Assembly (NCBI GenBank): GCA_040235475.1
Contig: JBECKY010000023.1
Span: forward strand, 72-64,071
Origin: Pseudomonadales bacterium
GTDB taxonomy: Bacteria; Pseudomonadota; Gammaproteobacteria; Pseudomonadales; UBA3067
DNA: 64,000 bases
Reading direction: 5' to 3'
The notes beneath the pieces are model-generated. The model was not told the DNA's origin, did no database searches, and worked only from the letters and a program-made list of their open reading frames with translations. The translations under genes were made by a program, and so were the position numbers. Of the stretch, positions 19,123 to 28,941 are shown piece after piece. Every line of letters starts with the position of its first letter. The stretch's first letter is position 1.

Positions 19123-19367
19123 CTTTCGTCAACACGCAGAACAAGGCCGGGGTAAATTTGATTGGGGTTTTTAATTTGTGGATTTATAGATAACAAAAAG
19201 TCTTTGGCTTTTTGAAAGCGGCTGTCTTTGGGTTGGATGCCGTACAGTTTTGCGATAATGCCGCTGAGGGTGTCGCCGTTTTTGATGGTGTGTGGGTGGC
19301 TGGTGAGGGTGCTTTGTATGGTGATTGCTTTTTGTTGAAAATTAACACGCTGTTTCAGTAACACCAA
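19119..19367 (-). CDS. small LysM domain protein
   Basis: 82 aa. LysM core [18 protein letters not shown]...IYPGLVLRV. Only TTG (19367) or GTG (19364) starts are available. It begins 8 nt after the dxs stop, and its stop overlaps the ribA stop. Confidence 0.55.
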   Translation of the reverse strand: MVLLKQRVNFQQKAITIQSTLTSHPHTIKNGDTLSGIIAKLYGIQPKDSRFQKAKDFLLSINPQIKNPNQIYPGLVLRVDES

Positions 19368-19374
19368 GGTCCAG

Positions 19375-21324
19375 CTAAATTTTTCCGGCTTTTTTTACTT
19401 TCGGTGCTGTTTCCTTAGCGGGTGTTTTCTTTTGGTTTGCAAGGATATTCTGCCAGCGATTTTTAATTGCCTTGAGGATGCCTGCTTTGTCCAGTCCGCA
19501 CTCGGCAAGCATTGCTTCAGGTGTGCCATGTTCAACAAAGTAATCTGGCAGTCCTAGTTGTAATACAGCTACAAGTATTCCTTGACGGTTTAAATGTTCA
19601 GTAACTCCTGAGCCGGCACCGCCGGCAATTTCATTTTCTTCTACGGTAACCAATAGCTGGTGTTCGGCTGCGAGGGTTTCGATGAGTGTTTCATCGAGAG
19701 GTTTGACGAACCGCATGTCGACTACGGTTGCATTCAGTTGTTCTGCGGCGGCCATGGCGGAGGCGAGTACCGTGCCAAACGCCAGAATGGCGATATCAAC
19801 GCCTTCCCGGCGAATTATGCCTTTGCCTAAGGCTAAGGCTTGCATGTCTTTTTCTATGGCGGCACCGGTGCCTTGTCCGCGAGGGTAACGAACTGCCGCC
19901 GGGCCTTGGTATTGATAGGCGGTGTAGAGCATTTGGCGGCATTCATTTTCATCCGAGGGGGCGCAAATGACCATGTTGGGTACGCAGCGCAGGTAAGTTA
20001 GGTCAAAGCTGCCCGCATGGGTGGGGCCGTCGGCACCCACGAGTCCGGCGCGATCAATACCAAAGGTGACATCAAGATTTTGCAGGGCGATGTCGTGAAT
20101 CAGTTGGTCGTAGGCCCGTTGCAAGAAGGTTGAGTAAATAGCAACGACTGGCTTTAGGCCATCACAGGCCATTCCCGCTGCCAGGGTCAGTGCATGTTGT
20201 TCGGCAATGGCCACATCATGATAGCGGCTGGGGAAACGCTTGGAGAAATCCACCAGCCCTGAGCCTTCGCACATGGCCGGGGTAATGCCCACCAGTTGAA
20301 AGTCTTTTTCTGCCATGTCGCAAATCCACTGGCCAAAAACATCCTGGTATTTTGGCGCCTTGGGTTTAACCGGTACCGGTTTGCTTGGGCTTGGTTCAAT
20401 TTTATTAATCGCATGGTAGCCAATGGGGTCGAGTTCTGCTGCGGCAAAACCTTTGCCTTTGCGGGTAATAATATGCAGCAGTTGCGGGCCTGATAAATCA
20501 CGCATGTTTTTCAGGGTATGAACCAGCAGGTCGATGTCGTGGCCATCCATTGGGCCGATGTAATTAAAGCCGAGTTCCTCAAACAAGGTGGCGGGCGAGA
20601 CCATGCCTTTCATGTGCTCTTCAGTTTTACGGGCCAGTTCCATGGCGGGTTCCGGCAGGTTGGAGAGGATCATTTTACCGCCTTCACGCACGGTGGTGTA
20701 AAGCTTGCTGGACCAAAGTCGGGCAAAATAATTGGACAGGCCGCCGACATTTTGTGATATGGACATGTTGTTGTCGTTTAATACCACCAGCATATTGGAT
20801 TGTGCATGGCCTGCGTGGTTCAGGGCCTCGAAGGCCATACCTGCGGTCATGGCGCCATCGCCAATCACGGCGGCCACTTTGCGCGGGTTGTTATGCATTT
20901 TGGCAGCCATGGCCATACCGAGGGCGGCGCTGATGGATGTGCTGGAATGGCCTACGCCGAAGGTGTCGTATTCACTTTCAGTTCTGCAGGGGAAGGCTGC
21001 CAGGCCATTTTTCTGGCGGATGGTGTGCATTTGTTCACGCCGACCGGTTAAAATTTTGTGTGGATAGGCCTGGTGGCCAACATCCCAGACCAGCCTGTCT
21101 TCAGGTGTGTTGTAGACATAATGCAGGGCAATGGTGAGTTCCACAACACCTAGGCCGGCACCAAAATGCCCGCCAGATTTACTCACTGTGTATAGCAGAA
21201 ATTCACGCAGTTCATTTGCCAATTGCGGCAGCTGCTCTGGCGCCAGTTGGCGGAGCTTGTCGGGGGTGTCTGCCCGATCCAGCAGGGGGGTAGACGGCGC
21301 TGAAGATGGAAATTCGTGAAACAT
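19375..21324 (-). CDS. dxs: 1-deoxy-D-xylulose-5-phosphate synthase
   Basis: The start is trimmed to the ATG at 21324 (MFHEFPSS...). TPP motif [15 protein letters not shown]. Canonical xseB-ispA-dxs order. A Lys-rich C-terminal tail of roughly 28 aa is present. Confidence 0.95.
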   Translation of the reverse strand: MFHEFPSSAPSTPLLDRADTPDKLRQLAPEQLPQLANELREFLLYTVSKSGGHFGAGLGVVELTIALHYVYNTPEDRLVWDVGHQAYPHKILTGRREQMHTIRQKNGLAAFPCRTESEYDTFGVGHSSTSISAALGMAMAAKMHNNPRKVAAVIGDGAMTAGMAFEALNHAGHAQSNMLVVLNDNNMSISQNVGGLSNYFARLWSSKLYTTVREGGKMILSNLPEPAMELARKTEEHMKGMVSPATLFEELGFNYIGPMDGHDIDLLVHTLKNMRDLSGPQLLHIITRKGKGFAAAELDPIGYHAINKIEPSPSKPVPVKPKAPKYQDVFGQWICDMAEKDFQLVGITPAMCEGSGLVDFSKRFPSRYHDVAIAEQHALTLAAGMACDGLKPVVAIYSTFLQRAYDQLIHDIALQNLDVTFGIDRAGLVGADGPTHAGSFDLTYLRCVPNMVICAPSDENECRQMLYTAYQYQGPAAVRYPRGQGTGAAIEKDMQALALGKGIIRREGVDIAILAFGTVLASAMAAAEQLNATVVDMRFVKPLDETLIETLAAEHQLLVTVEENEIAGGAGSGVTEHLNRQGILVAVLQLGLPDYFVEHGTPEAMLAECGLDKAGILKAIKNRWQNILANQKKTPAKETAPKVKKAGKI

Positions 21325-21466
21325 AGCTATGGGTGTCTTCAAGAAATCTGGGTATGAGAGACTGCGTAAGCACAATTTTCAGTTGCTCGTAGCTTATTTT
21401 ACATCATTTACAGAAATTGGGCGCTAACTATATCGCAATCGTCACAATGGCGTTTTGTAGAAGGGT

Positions 21467-22393
21467 TCAATAGTGCCTTTGAATAATATAATTGGCTAAA
21501 TCGCCAAGAATACTAGCTGATGAGCCGAGAGATGTTGTCAGTGATTGCAGAATATGTTGGATGTCCTGGTGAAGGGCTTGCAGTTTTTGTTCTGCGCCTT
21601 CCAGTCCCAACAGGGCTGGGTAGGTTGCTTTTTCCAGGGCGGCATCGGCACCCTGGGTTTTGCCCAGAGTATCGGTTTCGGTGGTGACATCGAGAATATC
21701 GTCTTTGACCTGGAAAGCCAGGCCGAGCAAGGTGGCGTAGCGGCTTAGAAGGGCTATTACATGAGGGTCGCGGTAGTCGCAGGCTTTGGCTGCCAGGGTT
21801 ACACTGCTGGTAATCAGTGCACCGGTTTTAAGTTGGTGTATGTGCTCTAAATCTGCAAGCTTAAGTTGTTGGCCTTCAGCCGCAATATCCAGGCATTGGC
21901 CTTCAACCATGCCAAATACACCGCAAGCCTGCGCCAGTTCAAGAATCAGCGCTAATTTTTGCTGGTGAGAAGCCGGACTCAGTGTGTCATCAGCAATAAC
22001 TTCGAATGCAAGGGCTTGCAGGGCATCGCCTGCCAGAATTGCCGTGGCTTCATTGTAGGCTTTGTGGCAAGTGGGTTGGCCGCGGCGTAAATCATCGTTA
22101 TCCATTGCGGGCAGGTCGTCATGTACCAGAGAATAGGCATGGATCAGTTCAACGGCGCAGGCGACTGCATCAACGTGATCAGCCGGTGCTGATAAGGCCT
22201 CGGCTGTTGCGTAGCAAAGTAATGGCCGAATGCGCTTGCCGCCGCTTAATACTGCGTATGCAAGGGCTTCGGCTAATTGGCTTTTGGTGCTGTTTTTAGC
22301 AGGAAGCAACGAGCGTAATTTTTCTTCACAACGTTTCTGGTAAACCTTAATGAATGATGTCTGAAAGTCTTGGTTAGTGTTTATTACTGTCAT
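21467..22393 (-). CDS. ispA: farnesyl diphosphate synthase (geranyltranstransferase)
   Basis: 308 aa. First and second Asp-rich motifs LVHDDLPAMDNDDLRRG and FQVKDDILD. Confidence 0.95.
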   Translation of the reverse strand: MTVINTNQDFQTSFIKVYQKRCEEKLRSLLPAKNSTKSQLAEALAYAVLSGGKRIRPLLCYATAEALSAPADHVDAVACAVELIHAYSLVHDDLPAMDNDDLRRGQPTCHKAYNEATAILAGDALQALAFEVIADDTLSPASHQQKLALILELAQACGVFGMVEGQCLDIAAEGQQLKLADLEHIHQLKTGALITSSVTLAAKACDYRDPHVIALLSRYATLLGLAFQVKDDILDVTTETDTLGKTQGADAALEKATYPALLGLEGAEQKLQALHQDIQHILQSLTTSLGSSASILGDLANYIIQRHY

Positions 22394-22496
22394 ATTTGCT
22401 TGTGTAGGCGATGTTGTTGGTGAGTATGTGTTGTAAAATTGAAGCAGGGTAAAGTCGCGCTTCTAGGGGGAATGACTTGATCAGAGATTCTTCAGG

Positions 22497-22760
22497 TCAC
22501 TGCTTATCTGAGTCGAAGGTTTGCCAGTCTTTATCATCATCTGCTGTCTCAGTGCCCGTACTGTTACTTTTTTCCATCAGAATGTGTACTTTTTGCTCGG
22601 CCTGGTTTAGGGCTTCCTGACATTCGCGGGTTAGCTTTATACCCTTTTCAAAGGCTTTCAGGGACGCTTCAAGGCTTAGTTCTCCACCTTCCATGTCCTC
22701 GACGATGCCTTCAAGTTCTTCCAGGGAGCTTTCAAAGTTAAGGGGTTTTTTTTTGGCCAT
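22497..22760 (-). CDS. xseB: exodeoxyribonuclease VII small subunit
   Basis: 87 aa. [35 protein letters not shown] is typical of XseB. It lies upstream of ispA-dxs. Confidence 0.9.
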   Translation of the reverse strand: MAKKKPLNFESSLEELEGIVEDMEGGELSLEASLKAFEKGIKLTRECQEALNQAEQKVHILMEKSNSTGTETADDDKDWQTFDSDKQ

Positions 22761-23011
22761 GGTTGTTTGCTTGCAGCTGCGCTCTTGTAGACGATTTAAG
22801 GTATTGAAACTGTAGCTTATAATTCATAGAGGAATCAAAGAAGACGCTAGTGATTCCATGACTCGAAGGCAATTATACCTGAAAAATACCGAGGCTAAAA
22901 AACCATTAAGCTTTTTCTGGGCTTGCTTGCAGGATTCTCCAGGTCATCTCTTTTATGTTCAGATTTATTCAGAGCTTCACTAGGGTTGTAAGGCTTTGCC
23001 GGAAGCGGGTG

Positions 23012-23320
23012 TTAAAGGTATCTAGAAAAAGTCGCTTTGGTTTTCTTCGGCAGGGCAACAAATTCAAAGCCTGTATTGTTGAAATGATCATTGGATTTGC
23101 TATTCCAGCGGCTCACAGCGTCAAAGGGTAGGCGTTCGTTTAGCTCGTTTTCAGTCCAAAACGAGAATTTCTGGCCTTCGTTGAAAGCTCGATGTCCGGT
23201 TATCATCAGACCAGACTTTGACAGATTAACAACATGTCCAACCAGTCTGCTGGTTTGTTGATCATAAATGCCAACATATCTACTGAGTTTCACTCTTTGG
23301 TCTTTTCTTTGTGTATCCAT
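23012..23320 (-). CDS. single-domain PilZ protein (predicted c-di-GMP receptor)
   Basis: 102 aa. It carries the RxxxR motif (RKDQR) and the N-x-S-x-x-G motif (NLSKSG) at the appropriate spacing. Confidence 0.7.
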   Translation of the reverse strand: MDTQRKDQRVKLSRYVGIYDQQTSRLVGHVVNLSKSGLMITGHRAFNEGQKFSFWTENELNERLPFDAVSRWNSKSNDHFNNTGFEFVALPKKTKATFSRYL

Positions 23321-23538
23321 ATGTTGTCATACCCTGGGTTGTCGTTTTAAATATTACTTTAGTTTGTTTTTCTTTTATTCCCTATGTTTGCTCTCCCTAA
23401 TCTTTTAAATATTAATCAAGCCGCACACTTGATATGCGAATTGCGTCGCTTAGGGGTGTTTACTATAGAACAAGTTCACATGCGGTGCTATGCCAGCTTT
23501 TTGATTTAGTTCAAAAAATTGGCAACAAAGAAGGGTTT

Positions 23539-23751
23539 TTAAAATGCGTAAGCCAGCTTGCTGAGCGCTTTGCTTGCTCTTTCGTAGGTGGTTAATGAAC
23601 GGGCAAGTGGGCAACAGGGCAGGGGTTTTAAGGGTTTGCCTTCTTCATCCAGTATAAACGGCTCTTCAATGGGCATTTTGCCCTGTAAAAAAAGCAGGTA
23701 TTCTTGCTTTAATTGTTCCTGAGATTTTTTCGCATCGGCTTTAAAATTCAT
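23539..23751 (-). CDS. hypothetical small protein (70 aa)
   Basis: ORF only. No recognisable domain and no clear SD. The composition looks coding-like. Flanked by long spacers. Confidence 0.35.
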   Translation of the reverse strand: MNFKADAKKSQEQLKQEYLLFLQGKMPIEEPFILDEEGKPLKPLPCCPLARSLTTYERASKALSKLAYAF

Positions 23752-24028
23752 AAAAATTCTGGAATGCTTTATACGTTAAATGGCTAACACCTGTCCTTTA
23801 AGAAATTGTACAAGCTTGGCTGCACTAATTCCAGGAGGCTTGTTTAGAAAATAGTATCTGCCCTTTGTTAAGGATCTAAGCTAACTTTTTTTAAATACAA
23901 AAAATTATATACAATCAGATGCTGGAAAAGTGTTATCTAACTTGGGACTGCATTAAACTGCTGGACGTTGCTTAGGAAAAAAATAACAATCTGCGTGATA
24001 AAACCTTTTAGATTAACAGGGGAGTATT

Positions 24029-24571
24029 ATGAACCGTTTGTATTTAGCTGCATCGAATGCAGAGCTGGCAAAAGCTGTTACAGAAGAACTGTTGCGGCTG
24101 CCCATACCCAAGAAAAGAATCCAGATAGTTGCTGAAGATTTGCAACCGTTAAGAGAAAAACAGTTGCCCGTGGCCAGCCTGTTCAATCGCACCAATATCC
24201 CCCAGGCATTCGAACGCTATACCTTGCTTGGACTTTTATTGGGAACCCTCCTGTCACTGTTATTGATTATGATCGCACCTGGCGGAAAGCCGTTTTCAAG
24301 CCTTATGTTTGCAGAGGTGGTCTTGGTTATGGCTTTAGCAGGTGCCGCAGCAGGATTTTTAATTGGCGCTTTCCAGGATAACCACCATATCAAAGAATAC
24401 CGCAGCCGCCTGGATAGGTCAGAATGCATCATCGAATTAAAATTGGATGCTAAGGAATCCAGTCTGGTAAAAAACAGGCTTAGGCAAAACCATCTAAAAG
24501 TGGATATATTAAGGGAAGATCTGGATGTTTGTCATAGAACTATTTCAGAGCGAACGGTAAAAGCCTTATAA
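24029..24571 (+). CDS. hypothetical membrane protein
   Basis: 180 aa. A GGGGAG SD lies upstream. Two predicted TM helices (YTLLGLLLGTLLSLLLIMIA and FAEVVLVMALAGAAAGFLIGAF). No family recognised. Confidence 0.6.
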   Translation: MNRLYLAASNAELAKAVTEELLRLPIPKKRIQIVAEDLQPLREKQLPVASLFNRTNIPQAFERYTLLGLLLGTLLSLLLIMIAPGGKPFSSLMFAEVVLVMALAGAAAGFLIGAFQDNHHIKEYRSRLDRSECIIELKLDAKESSLVKNRLRQNHLKVDILREDLDVCHRTISERTVKAL

Positions 24572-24589
24572 GCGCTCGTCAGCCATTTT

Positions 24590-25027
24590 TTATTCTACAA
24601 TTTCAATTTCGTATTCCAGATGACAGGGCGCATTGAGGGAGTTGGTAATCAGGCAGCTTTTTTCGGCTTTTTCTAATGCGCGGCCTGCCTTGTCTTTATT
24701 TTCTTCCGCTGCAATTTGCAAGTTTACCGAGATCTGAAATTCAGTAAACTTCAGAGCCCTGTCTACTTTATCCAATGTGCCCATGGCGTTGCAGCTTAGG
24801 GTGTTCCAGGAAACTTTTGAAGCCTTCGCTACTGCTTTAAAAGAAAGAATAAAACAATCTGCAACAGCAGCAACAAGCATTTCTTCAGGCGACCAGAGGT
24901 TACCAGGCCCGTCAAATTCCGTGGGTGGAGCGGATTCAATGGCAGTTTTGTCAGAGCAGGTTAAAGTGACATTGCTTGCGTCGGTTGCGCTGGCACTTAC
25001 TTTGTATTGATGTGGGAAATTTTGCAT
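24590..25027 (-). CDS. OsmC/Ohr family peroxiredoxin-like protein
   Basis: 145 aa. OsmC-like layout with two Cys (VADCFILSF and KSCLITNSL). AGGAAA SD. Confidence 0.8.
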   Translation of the reverse strand: MQNFPHQYKVSASATDASNVTLTCSDKTAIESAPPTEFDGPGNLWSPEEMLVAAVADCFILSFKAVAKASKVSWNTLSCNAMGTLDKVDRALKFTEFQISVNLQIAAEENKDKAGRALEKAEKSCLITNSLNAPCHLEYEIEIVE

Positions 25028-25052
25028 TTTGGTTTCCTGGGTTAAAAGGTGC

Positions 25053-25400
25053 TTAGTATTTTTTCATGGCAGTACTTAACACGCTGTCATCACATTGATA
25101 GTGTGTTAATGAAATGCGGTTATTGTGATCAAATTCTATGCCTTCGCTTTCCAGTAAAATTTTTTGATAGACTTCGTTGTCGCTTTCGGCACGGGCACTT
25201 ATTACCCCTTTGGCATTAACGACTCGGTGCCAGGGGATTTGTTTTTCATTTTTGTTACTTTTATTATCAGGTGTTGCAGCAAGTGTATAGCCAACCTGTC
25301 GAGCATGGCAAGGGCCATCTACCATGCGTGCAATTTGCCCATAAGTTGCCACGCGGCCTTCTGGAATAAGCGTTATTATTTGGTAAATATCATTTCTCAT
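25053..25400 (-). CDS. alkyltransferase-like (ATL) protein, MGMT DNA-binding domain without acceptor cysteine
   Basis: The start is trimmed to the ATG at 25400 ([24 protein letters not shown]). The active-site position reads IPWHRVV, with Trp where MGMT has the Cys of PCHR. It overlaps the dapE 3' end by 11 nt. Confidence 0.75.
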   Translation of the reverse strand: MRNDIYQIITLIPEGRVATYGQIARMVDGPCHARQVGYTLAATPDNKSNKNEKQIPWHRVVNAKGVISARAESDNEVYQKILLESEGIEFDHNNRISLTHYQCDDSVLSTAMKKY

Positions 25401-26547
25401 CAACCAAAAGCTCAAATAAAATCTGTTCATACATTTTAGACAATATATCCAGGTCTTCAACTTTAACGCATTCGTTGACTTTGTGGATAGTGTCATTGCA
25501 GGGGCCAAGCTCTATCAGTTGTGTGCCTGTGGGTGCGATGAAACGGCCATCTGAGGTGCCGCCTGCTGTGGACAGTTCTGCATCTATACCCGCTACGTCT
25601 TTAATCGCTTTTACGGTAGCGTCAACCAATGAGCCCGCAGGGGTTAAAAAGGGATTGCCACTCAGAGTCCACTTGATATGATATTTTAAGTTGTGTTTGT
25701 TGAGGATTTCTTCGGTGCGCTGCCTTATGGTTTGGGCGTTTAGTTCGCTGGAAAAACGAAAATTAAAGATGACATTCAGCTCGCCAGGGATAACATTGGT
25801 AGCGCCTGTGCCGGAGTGTATATTGGATATTTGAAAAGATGTGGGCGGGAAGAACTCATTGCCGTTATCCCACATTTCAGCGCTCAGCGCCGCCAAGGCT
25901 GGTGCGGCACGATGGATAGGGTTGTCGGCTTTTTGAGGGTAAGCCACGTGGCCCTGAACACCTTGTACGGTAAGTTCGCAACCCAGTGAGCCGCGACGTC
26001 CATTCCTTATCACATCGCCTACTGCTTCAGTGCTGGAGGGTTCACCGACAATGCACCAATCTATGTATTCATTGCGTTGCTGGAGTTTTTCCATGACTTT
26101 GACGGTGCCGTGGGTAGACGGACCTTCTTCATCGCTGGTAATCAAAAAAGCAATACTGCCCTTGTGCTTGGGGTGTTGTTTAATAAAGCGTTCGCAAGCG
26201 GTTATCATGGCTGCCAGACTGCCTTTCATGTCGGCCGCGCCTCGGCCATAGAGATAGCTGCCACGTACTTCCGGGTTAAAAGGTTTGCTGTGCCATTCGC
26301 TTAAAGGGCCGGGGGGGACCACATCGGTGTGCCCGGCAAAGGCGAGAACCGGGCCGTCATTGCCTTTTCTGGCCCAGAAGTTTTCAACCTCGGCAAAGAG
26401 CATTTTTTCCACATTAAAACCGATGGCTTGCAGACGTTTGATCATCAGCGCCTGGCAGCCTGCATCGTCGGGTGTTATTGATGGCTTGGTGATCAAGGCT
26501 TTGCACAATGCCAAGGTAGAGCTTTCTGTCGTATTGCTGACTGCCAT
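25390..26547 (-). CDS. dapE: succinyl-diaminopimelate desuccinylase
   Basis: 385 aa M20 peptidase. Contains GHTDVVP, ITSDEEG and GRGAADMKG. Confidence 0.92.
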   Translation of the reverse strand: MAVSNTTESSTLALCKALITKPSITPDDAGCQALMIKRLQAIGFNVEKMLFAEVENFWARKGNDGPVLAFAGHTDVVPPGPLSEWHSKPFNPEVRGSYLYGRGAADMKGSLAAMITACERFIKQHPKHKGSIAFLITSDEEGPSTHGTVKVMEKLQQRNEYIDWCIVGEPSSTEAVGDVIRNGRRGSLGCELTVQGVQGHVAYPQKADNPIHRAAPALAALSAEMWDNGNEFFPPTSFQISNIHSGTGATNVIPGELNVIFNFRFSSELNAQTIRQRTEEILNKHNLKYHIKWTLSGNPFLTPAGSLVDATVKAIKDVAGIDAELSTAGGTSDGRFIAPTGTQLIELGPCNDTIHKVNECVKVEDLDILSKMYEQILFELLVDEK

Positions 26548-26568
26548 AGTGTTTTCTATTAGGTTTTA

Positions 26569-27459
26569 TTATGTTTGTGTTGGCGTGTTGCTTAGCGTAT
26601 TGGGAGCAAGATTGATAACCTGTAATTTCTTGTTATCAGTTTGGCGTTGTAGATTCTCAAAGTCAAACAGCTTGGTGTCGGCCAAGTGGGAAGGCACAAC
26701 GTTTTGCAGGCTTTTAAACATTATATCGAGGCGGCCGGGGTGTTGTTTGTCCCAGCTTTGCAGCATGTCTTTAATCACTTTTCTTTGCAGGTTGTCCTGG
26801 CTGCCACACAGGTTGCAGGGAATAATCGGAAATTGTTTGTGTTCGGCATAGCGGGCTATGTCTTTTTCTTTGCAGTAGGCCAGGGGGCGAATCACGATGT
26901 TTTTTTTGTCATCGCTGAGCAGTTTCGGCGGCATGCTTTTAAGCTTGCCGCCATAAAACATATTTAGAAACAGGGTTTCCATAATATCATCACGATGATG
27001 TCCCAAAGCAACTTTGTTGGCACCGATTTGCTCGGCAAAGCCATAGAGATTGCCGCGCCGCAAACGTGAACACAGTGAGCACATGGTTTTACCTTCTGGC
27101 AGCACTTCCTTTACGATGCTGTAGGTATCTTTTTCCAGGATATAAAAAGGGATACCCAGGGTTTCCAGGTAATCGGGCAGCACATGGGCGGGATAATCAG
27201 GTTGTTTCTGGTCTAAATGAACAGCAATGATTTCAAAATTGATGGGTGCTGCGCGTTGCAGATTCAGTAAAATATCCAGCAGTGTATAAGAGTCCTTTCC
27301 CCCTGACAGGCAGAGCATGACTTTGTCACCGTCTTCAATCATGTTGAAGTCAGAGATGGCTTTACCGACTTCACGACGCAGCCGCTTTTGCAGCTTGTTG
27401 TATTCCAGGCTGTGTTTGCGGCTGTTTGCCGTATTGTTGCTTACATCATTGGTGTTCAT
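26569..27459 (-). CDS. ttcA: tRNA 2-thiocytidine(32) synthetase
   Basis: 296 aa. PP-loop LSGGKDS. Cys motifs [10 protein letters not shown] and CNLCGSQ. Confidence 0.9.
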   Translation of the reverse strand: MNTNDVSNNTANSRKHSLEYNKLQKRLRREVGKAISDFNMIEDGDKVMLCLSGGKDSYTLLDILLNLQRAAPINFEIIAVHLDQKQPDYPAHVLPDYLETLGIPFYILEKDTYSIVKEVLPEGKTMCSLCSRLRRGNLYGFAEQIGANKVALGHHRDDIMETLFLNMFYGGKLKSMPPKLLSDDKKNIVIRPLAYCKEKDIARYAEHKQFPIIPCNLCGSQDNLQRKVIKDMLQSWDKQHPGRLDIMFKSLQNVVPSHLADTKLFDFENLQRQTDNKKLQVINLAPNTLSNTPTQT

Positions 27460-27492
27460 AAAATCCAGTCAGGTTAATCACTAAAATTGCCT

Positions 27493-28533
27493 TTAGTTGT
27501 TGGCGTGCAAGGCTTCGTTTAGCTCAATTGCAGTTTTATTGGTTTTGCATTCAATGGACCCGGTTTGCGAATTTCTACGAAACAGTAAATCGGATTTGCC
27601 CGCAAGGTCTTTGGCTTTTACTATTTCCACTACGTTGTTTTGCTCATCGAGAAGAGTAACCTTTGCCCCGCCGGTGAGATAAAGGCCAGCTTCTATGGTG
27701 CAGCGGTCACCCAGGGGAATGCCCAGGCCCGCGTTGGCGCCCAATAAGCATTCGTCGCCAACAGAAATAATCACATTGTTACCGCCGGATAAAGTGCCCA
27801 TGGTGCTACAGCCGCCACCCAGGTCGCTGCCCTCGCCGACAACCACGCCTGCCGAAATGCGGCCTTCAACCATGCTGATGCCTTTGGTGCCGGCATTGAA
27901 GTTAATAAAGCCTTCATGCATCACCGTTGTACCTTCACCCACGTAGGCTCCGAGTCGAACCCTTGCTGTGTGAGCGATGCGTACACCGCTGGGCACAACA
28001 TAGTTGGCCATTTTTGGAAATTTATCAATCGACATGACTTCCAGTAATTGCCCTTTAAGTCTGGCTTGCAATTGTTTTTGCGGCAGCTCATCCAAATCAA
28101 TCGCACCTAGATTGGTCCAGGCAACGTTAGGTAGCAGGGCAAAAATGCCACTTAGATTAATATCATGAGGTTTTACCAGTCGGTGTGATATTAAATGCAG
28201 TTTTAAATAAGCTTCAGGGGTGCTGTTTGGCTGCTTGTCGCTTTCAATGAAGGTGGCAACCAGAGGCCGTTCACTGGTTTTGAATTCGGCAATGGTGGCG
28301 GCATAAACGGATTCGCCGGCATTGTTTAAAGCATCCACTAAAGGTGTAACTTGCGCAGTAGAAAATTCTATAGCCTTGTTACCATCTTGGTAGCCAACGA
28401 TACTGCCAAGGGCTTTAACCAGGCTTGCGTTGGGTTGAAACAGTGGCTTGGGATAGAAAACTTCCAGCCATTCGTTGTTACTGTTTTTAGTGCCAACACC
28501 GAATGCGATGCATAAAAAATTATTTGTGCTCAT
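27493..28533 (-). CDS. dapD: 2,3,4,5-tetrahydropyridine-2,6-dicarboxylate N-succinyltransferase (long form)
   Basis: 346 aa. C-terminal hexapeptide-repeat region. Length and layout match the long Pseudomonas-type DapD. Confidence 0.88.
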   Translation of the reverse strand: MSTNNFLCIAFGVGTKNSNNEWLEVFYPKPLFQPNASLVKALGSIVGYQDGNKAIEFSTAQVTPLVDALNNAGESVYAATIAEFKTSERPLVATFIESDKQPNSTPEAYLKLHLISHRLVKPHDINLSGIFALLPNVAWTNLGAIDLDELPQKQLQARLKGQLLEVMSIDKFPKMANYVVPSGVRIAHTARVRLGAYVGEGTTVMHEGFINFNAGTKGISMVEGRISAGVVVGEGSDLGGGCSTMGTLSGGNNVIISVGDECLLGANAGLGIPLGDRCTIEAGLYLTGGAKVTLLDEQNNVVEIVKAKDLAGKSDLLFRRNSQTGSIECKTNKTAIELNEALHANN

Positions 28534-28565
28534 GGTAGTTCCAAAAGGTTTGATTAAGTTGGTGA

Positions 28566-28910
28566 TTATTTAAAAATATTTTTGTATGTGCTGTCACTAA
28601 AGCCAATAATACGTTCTTTGCCTAAATCAAGTACGGGTCTTTTGATTATGGCGGGTTGTTCGAGCATCATTTTGATGGCCTTGGTTTTATTGACGGTGTT
28701 TTTTACATCGTCAGGCAGATTGCGCCAAGTGTTGCCGCGTTTATTTAATAAAAGTTCCCAATTCAATTCGTTGCACCATTGTGTCAGCTGTTTTTTATCA
28801 AGACCATCTTTACGAAAGTCGTGAAATTGAAAATCAACGCCATTTTTTTCCAGCCATTTTTTGGCTTTTTTTATCGTGTCGCAATTGCTTATTCCGTATA
28901 AGGTTACCAT
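28566..28910 (-). CDS. yffB: ArsC/Spx-family protein YffB
   Basis: 114 aa. MVTLYGISNCDTIKKAKKWL and PAIIKRP are near-identical in layout to E. coli YffB. Confidence 0.8.
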   Translation of the reverse strand: MVTLYGISNCDTIKKAKKWLEKNGVDFQFHDFRKDGLDKKQLTQWCNELNWELLLNKRGNTWRNLPDDVKNTVNKTKAIKMMLEQPAIIKRPVLDLGKERIIGFSDSTYKNIFK

Positions 28911-28941
28911 TGTCTGAAGTTCTTTTTTTCCGGTTTAGCGT

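Noticed and set aside
21325-21375. N-terminal extensions in the ORF track: dxs to 21375, ATL to 25508, tsf from 35050, cdsA from 38299, fabZ from 46351, lpxB from 47614, dnaE from 49124, surE from 60928, and the UDG-family gene to 8521.
   Set aside because: The extensions begin at TTG, GTG or upstream ATG codons. They add residues absent from the well-known homolog N-termini, and often overlap the preceding gene or lack an SD. Internal ATG starts with correct N-terminal motifs were preferred.
22767-22933. Short repeated word TTGCTTGCAG (about 22767 and about 22922) in the xseB upstream spacer, and GCCCATG duplicated after tilS (about 54104-54123).
   Set aside because: Repeats of 7-10 nt are expected by chance many times in 64 kb. 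There is no symmetry or positional logic.
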